Source: Nanobdellota archaeon (GTDB lineage: Archaea > Nanobdellota > Nanobdellia > Woesearchaeales > UBA10107). Taken from it: DNA of 64,000 nucleotides. Below the pieces are notes generated by a model, which had not been told where the DNA came from, made no database searches, and was given only the letters and a program-made list of their open reading frames with translations. Numbering within the stretch: position 1 is the stretch's first letter; every line of letters begins with the position of its first letter. Of this stretch, positions 58,741-64,000 are shown one piece after another. The DNA is taken from contig JBHPFU010000002.1 in NCBI GenBank assembly GCA_042571125.1, positions 109,878-173,877 of the forward strand, given 5' to 3'. Position numbers and translations under genes: made by a program.

Positions 58741-58813
58741 AGCCCCCGGAGGGAGTTGCACCCTCGACCTGCTGGTTACAAGCCAGCCGCTATAGCTACT
58801 AAGCCACGGAGGC
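58741..58813 (-). tRNA. tRNA-Thr(TGT) with atypical D- and T-loops
   Basis: GCCTCCG/CGGGGGC acceptor, GCTGG-CTTGTAA-CCAGC anticodon arm, GAGGG-TGCAACT-CCCTC T-arm. Confidence 0.85.
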
Positions 58814-58853
58814 ATGGAAATTATAGAAAAATATTCATTTAAATAACTTTTGA

Positions 58854-59450
58854 TTATATGAGGCCTCTCTTTGTATATGTTTTTGCCTCTTCTGGTGTAA
58901 ATAGACCTTTTGCTTCCAAGAATCGTTTTATAAGCGCCTGTAATTTGTATGCTTCTTTATAAAGATAAAGTCTGTGATCCTCTATCTCTTTTCTGTATAT
59001 TCTCTTCTGGAAAATTTTTATGAAACTTTTCATTAATCCGCTTTTTTTCCACTCGCCGCGATAATCAAGTTCGAGGTTTGCTACTATTGTTGCTTCAACT
59101 TCTCCTTTATCTAGCTTAAGTTTTTTTCCCTTATGCATAACTTCAGCCTTAGTCATATTAAGAATATGATAATCGATATCCAGAAGATATCTTAGATAAC
59201 CTGTTTTTTTATTTACTCCGTCAGGATACTTTATTGTTCTCCACCACATCCATAATTCTTTTCCCATCTGGTTGGTCTTATCCAGATAGAGTTTTTCTCT
59301 AAACTTTTCTCCACCTTCATCATCAAAGTATTTTTCTTCGTCAAGCCATTCTTTCACAACTTTATAAAGAAATTTCAGTGCGAATACATCTTCAACCTTT
59401 ACACTAAATGTTGCTGCATTAATAATCTCTCCTTTCATCTTTACTTCCAT
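58854..59450 (-). CDS. Hypothetical protein
   Basis: 198-aa ORF with its own tttataaa box; no family recognised. Confidence 0.7.
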   Translation of the reverse strand: MEVKMKGEIINAATFSVKVEDVFALKFLYKVVKEWLDEEKYFDDEGGEKFREKLYLDKTNQMGKELWMWWRTIKYPDGVNKKTGYLRYLLDIDYHILNMTKAEVMHKGKKLKLDKGEVEATIVANLELDYRGEWKKSGLMKSFIKIFQKRIYRKEIEDHRLYLYKEAYKLQALIKRFLEAKGLFTPEEAKTYTKRGLI

Positions 59451-59487
59451 AACTAGAAATTGTCGATAGGTTTTTATAAAGTTTTCG

Positions 59488-60135
59488 TTAGTATCTGTTA
59501 AGGCTTCTAGAGAAGAGCACTTCTAAAAATTTTCTTAATTTCAGAGGTTTTGTCTTTATTTTAACTTTATTCTTACGTATTGCTTCAAAAATAGAAGAGA
59601 TATTTTTTTTAGCATCAATATAAGAAAAAGTTGAATTGAATTGCCAAAGGCGATGGGCATCTGAAGTTCCAACCATTGGTAATTTTAATTTTTTTGCTAT
59701 TCTTTCTGCTTTTTTGTTTAGATTAAAAAATCTAAGGTAATAATGACAGTATTCAACAGCATCAAACACGTCCTTATGCTTAATTAAGTTTTTTCCAACT
59801 GAACTAAATAGGTAAAACGGATGCGGTGCGATAACTAACGAAGTTTTTCCTAATTTTTTGAGATCTTCAAACTTTTTTAAGTTATATTTTTTAGGGGGAT
59901 TTAAAATTAAAACGTCCTGTCCTTCAATTTTTTCTTCGACTCCCGGTATTAAAAGAATTCTTTTCTTTTTTGCATATCTTTTCAAACTTTCATTAAAATA
60001 AACATCGCAATGATTTGTTATAGATAGAACATCAAAACCAAGTTTGGATGCTTCATCTATTAATTCTTTTGCACTATAAGCTATATTTTCTTCTGGATCT
60101 TCCTTTGTGTGTATATGAAAGTCTGCTTTAAGCAT
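59488..60135 (-). CDS. PHP-domain phosphoesterase
   Basis: D.H.HT, ITNH, PG.E, APHP, GTSDAH. Confidence 0.87.
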   Translation of the reverse strand: MLKADFHIHTKEDPEENIAYSAKELIDEASKLGFDVLSITNHCDVYFNESLKRYAKKKRILLIPGVEEKIEGQDVLILNPPKKYNLKKFEDLKKLGKTSLVIAPHPFYLFSSVGKNLIKHKDVFDAVEYCHYYLRFFNLNKKAERIAKKLKLPMVGTSDAHRLWQFNSTFSYIDAKKNISSIFEAIRKNKVKIKTKPLKLRKFLEVLFSRSLNRY

Positions 60136-60178
60136 TTAAATGAAAAGGTTTTTATATCTTTAAAAATCTTGCTAAATC

Positions 60179-61372
60179 ATGTTAATTGGGGTGGTTGGGA
60201 AACCTTCAGTAGGAAAATCAACATTTTTTAAGGCTGCAACTCTGGCAGAGGCAGAGATAGCAAACTATCCTTTTACAACAATAAAGCCTAATCATGGTAC
60301 AGGGTATGTTAAGGTTGAATGTGCTGAAACTCATTTTAAGGTTAAGTGCAATCCTAGATTCGGTTTCTGCATTGACGGAAAACGATTTGTTCCTGTTGAT
60401 ATGCTTGATGTTGCAGGTTTAGTCCCTGGAGCGCATGAAGGCAAAGGAATGGGCAACCAGTTCTTAGATGACTTAAGACAGGCAGATGTTCTAGTTCATG
60501 TTGTTGATGTTGCAGGCACAACTAATGAAAAGGGAGAACCCGTCAATCCTGGCAGTTATGATCCTGCAAATGACATTAAATTTCTAGAAGAGGAACTTGA
60601 TTTCTGGTATTTGGGAATATTAAAAAAAGGCTGGGAAAAATTCGCAAGAGAGATTCAGCAAACACACGGAGAAATACATAAAGCACTAGGAAAACAATTA
60701 TCCGCATTAGGAATTAATGAAAAGATGGCTGAAGATGTTATCAAAAAGATTGGTTTAGACCCGACTAGTGTTACAGTATGGTCAGAAGATGACCTATTAA
60801 AATTGGCTCAAGAATTCAGAAAGCTAACAAAACCAATGATTGTTGCGTGCAATAAGATTGATCTTCCTAGTGCAGCGGAAAACTTTACAAGATTAGAGAA
60901 TGAGTTCCCAGATCACTTATTAATTGCCTGTTCTGCAGATTCCGAAGTTGCATTAAGAGAAGCGGCTAAACATGAATTGATTGATTATGTGCCTGGAGAG
61001 TCTGAGTTTAAGATAAAAGGTTCTTTAAATGAAAAGCAAGAGCAGGCATTAAACTTCATAAAGGGAAATATGCTCTCTAAATTCGGATCGACAGGAGTTC
61101 AACAGGTTCTTGACGCTGCAATCTTCAAAATATTGAAGTACATCGCTATCTTTCCTGGGGGGGTTAACAAATTAGCAGATCAGGACGGAAATATTCTGCC
61201 TGATTGTTTCTTACTGCCTCCAAAATCAACAGCATTAGACTTTGCATACAAAGTTCACAGTGACATAGGAGATAATTTTATCAGAGCGGTTGATGCTAAG
61301 ACAAAAATGGTTGTTGGCAAGGAACATCTTCTTAAGCACGGAGATGTTTTAGAAATCGTTGCAGATAGATAA
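60179..61372 (+). CDS. ychF: YchF/OLA1-family translation-associated GTPase/ATPase
   Basis: GKPSVGKSTFF, ANYPFTTI.PN.G, DVAGLV.GA..G.G.GN.FL, NKID, C-terminal TGS. Confidence 0.93.
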   Translation: MLIGVVGKPSVGKSTFFKAATLAEAEIANYPFTTIKPNHGTGYVKVECAETHFKVKCNPRFGFCIDGKRFVPVDMLDVAGLVPGAHEGKGMGNQFLDDLRQADVLVHVVDVAGTTNEKGEPVNPGSYDPANDIKFLEEELDFWYLGILKKGWEKFAREIQQTHGEIHKALGKQLSALGINEKMAEDVIKKIGLDPTSVTVWSEDDLLKLAQEFRKLTKPMIVACNKIDLPSAAENFTRLENEFPDHLLIACSADSEVALREAAKHELIDYVPGESEFKIKGSLNEKQEQALNFIKGNMLSKFGSTGVQQVLDAAIFKILKYIAIFPGGVNKLADQDGNILPDCFLLPPKSTALDFAYKVHSDIGDNFIRAVDAKTKMVVGKEHLLKHGDVLEIVADR

Positions 61373-61747
61373 TTAATTCTTAAAGGCGCTTGCAAGATCA
61401 ATTACGTATTTCCCTTCTCCAACCTTAAATATTAGAGGATCTTTCTTGAACAGATGAACTAAGTCGAGTTCGAATTTTCCTGGTTCTACTGTTCTCACAG
61501 ATTCAATATCAAGAATAACTGGCTTGTCTTTAACAACACCAATATCAACTAAATCAAGAACATCTTTTTCCATCTCTACTTTTTCTTTAGGAGTCAGGTT
61601 TTCAATTGCTTCGATAGTTTCTTTTGCTTTCTGTAGTGCTTCTTTTTTGATAAAGAAAAATAATTTAGCTCCACAAGCGCATCCTTTCAGAATCTCTTCT
61701 GCAGGATCGGCATATATTTTTCCACATCGAACGCATTGGTGAGGCAT
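61373..61747 (-). CDS. oapC: OapC/DUF2072 Zn-ribbon protein
   Basis: MPHQCVRCG....IL.GC.CG...F, ES.R...PG.FELDL, G.Y.IDL. Confidence 0.85.
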   Translation of the reverse strand: MPHQCVRCGKIYADPAEEILKGCACGAKLFFFIKKEALQKAKETIEAIENLTPKEKVEMEKDVLDLVDIGVVKDKPVILDIESVRTVEPGKFELDLVHLFKKDPLIFKVGEGKYVIDLASAFKN

Positions 61748-61748
61748 C

Positions 61749-62135
61749 TTATCTCTTTCTCTTTTTCTTGGCTTCTTTTGTAAAAAGTTGTATCTTGCTT
61801 GGGTCTTTCTTAATGCTTTTAATGACTGCAGCTGCCCCAATCAATGTCAAGCCTTGTCTGTCTCCGAGAATAGAATTTATAACTGTACTTTTCATTTTCT
61901 GGAATCCTTCTAATTTTCCTTGGTGAGGGTTAATCACTGCTAATTCGATTCCTTTGAAATCTTTATTTATCTCTTCCATTGTTGCTTTGATAAGCTCTAC
62001 TTCTTCTTCTTTCTTTAATCTTCCTTGCAGTAGAATTATCTTATTCTCTTTGGCCTCTGTCAAAAGTTTTCTGATTCTTCCAATTGAGCTCAATCCTTCG
62101 ATTTCCGAATATGGCATTAATTGTAGTGTTACCAT
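61749..62135 (-). CDS. oapB: OapB/DUF2073 protein
   Basis: S..RIR.LL, L.G.L..EEE..LI..TM.EI...F.GIE, LT.IG.A; lies between oapA and oapC. Confidence 0.82.
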   Translation of the reverse strand: MVTLQLMPYSEIEGLSSIGRIRKLLTEAKENKIILLQGRLKKEEEVELIKATMEEINKDFKGIELAVINPHQGKLEGFQKMKSTVINSILGDRQGLTLIGAAAVIKSIKKDPSKIQLFTKEAKKKRKR

Positions 62136-62136
62136 T

Positions 62137-62769
62137 TTAACCCGCTAATGCTAATACCCCTTCATAAAATTCATCCATATTTTTTCCTTTTTTTGCAGAC
62201 ATGCCCATAACATCATATTGAGGAAATGCGGCCATTATTTTCTTTAGATTTGCTTTTCTCAAATCTGTTTTATTTCCGATAATCAACACGGGAATTTTCC
62301 TTGCTGCAAGATTTCCAATAATTGTTAAATTAACTTGAGAATACGGGTCTTTTGTTGCATCAAGAACAACAATAACCACGTCCATATCATCAAGCCATTT
62401 GATCGAATCGATAACTCCTTTTGTTGCTTCTTTTGCTCTTTTTTTTGCTACTGCTGTTTTTAATCCTGCTTTAACAAAATCTTCATAATCTATTTTTGTA
62501 GCGATTCCAGGAGTATCTACAAGGTTAAAGGATAATTCTTTTCCTTTTGATTTTATGTTAATCTGCTCTTTTACAGTAATCTCTCTTGTTTCGTGAGCAA
62601 TCTTAGAAGCCTTTCCCATTTCCTCGCCAAGCCAGTCCTTGCAAATTCTATTCGCCAAGGTTGTTTTTCCAGCATTAGGCGGGCCATATAACCCTAGCTT
62701 AACGTGTTTTTTCTTTTTAAATAAATCTCTAAAAACCTTGTTTATAAATTGCTTAACAAACTTTAACAT
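62137..62769 (-). CDS. oapA: OapA Era-like GTPase
   Basis: GLYGPPNAGKTTLANRI..DW, HETR, DTPG.ATK.DY, EATKGV...KWL, DP..QVN, NK.D, SA..G.N. Confidence 0.88.
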   Translation of the reverse strand: MLKFVKQFINKVFRDLFKKKKHVKLGLYGPPNAGKTTLANRICKDWLGEEMGKASKIAHETREITVKEQINIKSKGKELSFNLVDTPGIATKIDYEDFVKAGLKTAVAKKRAKEATKGVIDSIKWLDDMDVVIVVLDATKDPYSQVNLTIIGNLAARKIPVLIIGNKTDLRKANLKKIMAAFPQYDVMGMSAKKGKNMDEFYEGVLALAG

Positions 62770-62877
62770 CAAACCACCATCTTTTGGGTATATAATGGGC
62801 CTGGAATATATATAAATGTTTCGCTTGCCTTTTTTAAGCAGAAAGCTTTATATAATGAATTTTACAATTTTAGTGAT

Positions 62878-63441
62878 ATGATTGAGGAGATAAGACAAAC
62901 AATCCTTGATATATTAAACGAAGTTGTTAGGATTCTCGAGGTCAAGGAAGAGAAAGATGTTTTTGAGATTAGAGGATTAAGTGATCGTACAATTCGTTAT
63001 GCTTCTATTTACCAAGATAAAGATGCAATTTCAATTGCTGTTGTTGTCTATGCTTTGTTCAAGATAATTGAAAGACAAACAGACATGGGTTCAAAAGTGT
63101 ATACTCTTGTCCTATCCCATCTAAAGAAAGCAAAAAAATATCTTTGGAAGAGTGATTTTGAAAAATATGGGTCAATGATGCGCGGACTGTTAAAAGAAAT
63201 TGCAGAAATTGACAGAAAATTAAAAGTATACATAATCGATGTTATTGAAAAGGCGAAATTAAAAAAAGGTTCTAAAATTTATGAGCAGGGTGTTTCAATA
63301 GGAAGGGCTGCCGAACTTATGGGGATTTCTCAATGGGAACTTCTGAGTTATGTAGGTAAAACAGAGATTGCTGAAGAGGTTCCAAAAGTAACTTCGATAA
63401 AAGGAAGATTAAATCTGGTTAGGAGGATGTTTAATTTATGA
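62878..63441 (+). CDS. Helical protein with C-terminal UPF0175-like HTH (putative antitoxin/regulator)
   Basis: G.SIGRAAELMGIS.WEL..Y.GKT. Confidence 0.7.
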   Translation: MIEEIRQTILDILNEVVRILEVKEEKDVFEIRGLSDRTIRYASIYQDKDAISIAVVVYALFKIIERQTDMGSKVYTLVLSHLKKAKKYLWKSDFEKYGSMMRGLLKEIAEIDRKLKVYIIDVIEKAKLKKGSKIYEQGVSIGRAAELMGISQWELLSYVGKTEIAEEVPKVTSIKGRLNLVRRMFNL

Positions 63442-64000
63442 AATCAATAATATTTGACACAGGTCCAATCATAAGTTTAGCAACAAACAATCTTCTTTGG
63501 GTTCTGGGAAAACTTCATGAACGTTATAATGGTGAATTTTATATCTCGCGTCATGTTGAGAATGAATTAATTACAAAATCCTTAAGAACAAAACGATTTA
63601 AATTTGAGGCACTGCAAGTTCTAAGGCATGTTAGGAAAGGTACGATTAGGATAATTCATCAAAAGAATATTGAAACTTTAACTAATGAACTATTAGGGCT
63701 TGCAAATAATATTTTCAAAGCAAAGGGGCAATGGGTTCGTATTGTTCAGGCGGGAGAGATGGAAGCTTTAGCTGCAAGCATTATTCTTGATGCTGACGCA
63801 GTTGTTGTTGATGAAAGAACAACAAGACATCTTGTAGAAGAACCATTTTCTGTTAAGAAGATTATGGAAAAAAAGATGCATACAAAAGTTTATGTTCATA
63901 AAGCAAATCTGAAAAAATTTAGCAGCATAACTAAAAAAGTGAAAATAATAAGATCTATTGAGCTTGTTATGGCTGCATATGAGCTTGGATGGCTGAAAGC
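63438..64000 (+). CDS. PIN-domain protein, 3'-truncated by window edge (not in ORF track)
   Basis: MKSIIFDTGPIISL..., GEMEALA, VVVDERTTR; ATGA overlap; frame is open to the window end. Confidence 0.8.
   Translation, partial: MKSIIFDTGPIISLATNNLLWVLGKLHERYNGEFYISRHVENELITKSLRTKRFKFEALQVLRHVRKGTIRIIHQKNIETLTNELLGLANNIFKAKGQWVRIVQAGEMEALAASIILDADAVVVDERTTRHLVEEPFSVKKIMEKKMHTKVYVHKANLKKFSSITKKVKIIRSIELVMAAYELGWLK

Noticed and set aside
61748..61840. N-terminal extension of oapC
   Set aside because: Overlaps oapB; the family begins at MPHQC (61747).

Overview
Low-GC archaeal chromosomal segment with TATA/BRE promoters and mostly leaderless genes. It carries Cdc6, Cdc48, GatDE, Dph5, RtcB/archease, FtsZ, PINA and oapABC. 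The gene style (short or split genes, giant Ig-like surface protein, CxDSD Cys-rich lipoprotein) suggests a DPANN archaeon, probably Woesearchaeales; this is an inference. Most of the window is housekeeping. It has seven tRNA genes, one with a 44-nt non-canonical T-loop intron, and an IOR + ADP-forming acyl-CoA synthetase fermentation cluster. The strongest candidate for an undescribed system is a translationally coupled three-gene operon at 24988-29898: a complete bacterial-type DnaG primase, then a PD-(D/E)xK nuclease fused to a YprB/MrfB-type DEDDh exonuclease, then an IrrE/ImmA-like zinc metallopeptidase. Other points of interest are a >2600-aa surface protein with a ~700-aa His-rich repeat cytoplasmic tail next to minD, truncated or split Dph2 and Hel308 genes, and several hand-folded candidate cis-regulatory or small RNAs (twin CGCCAA-loop RNA near ftsZ, three-way-junction leader of rps15). 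No CRISPR array, rRNA, transposase or integrase was seen. All calls come from motif recognition by eye; no database searches were run.
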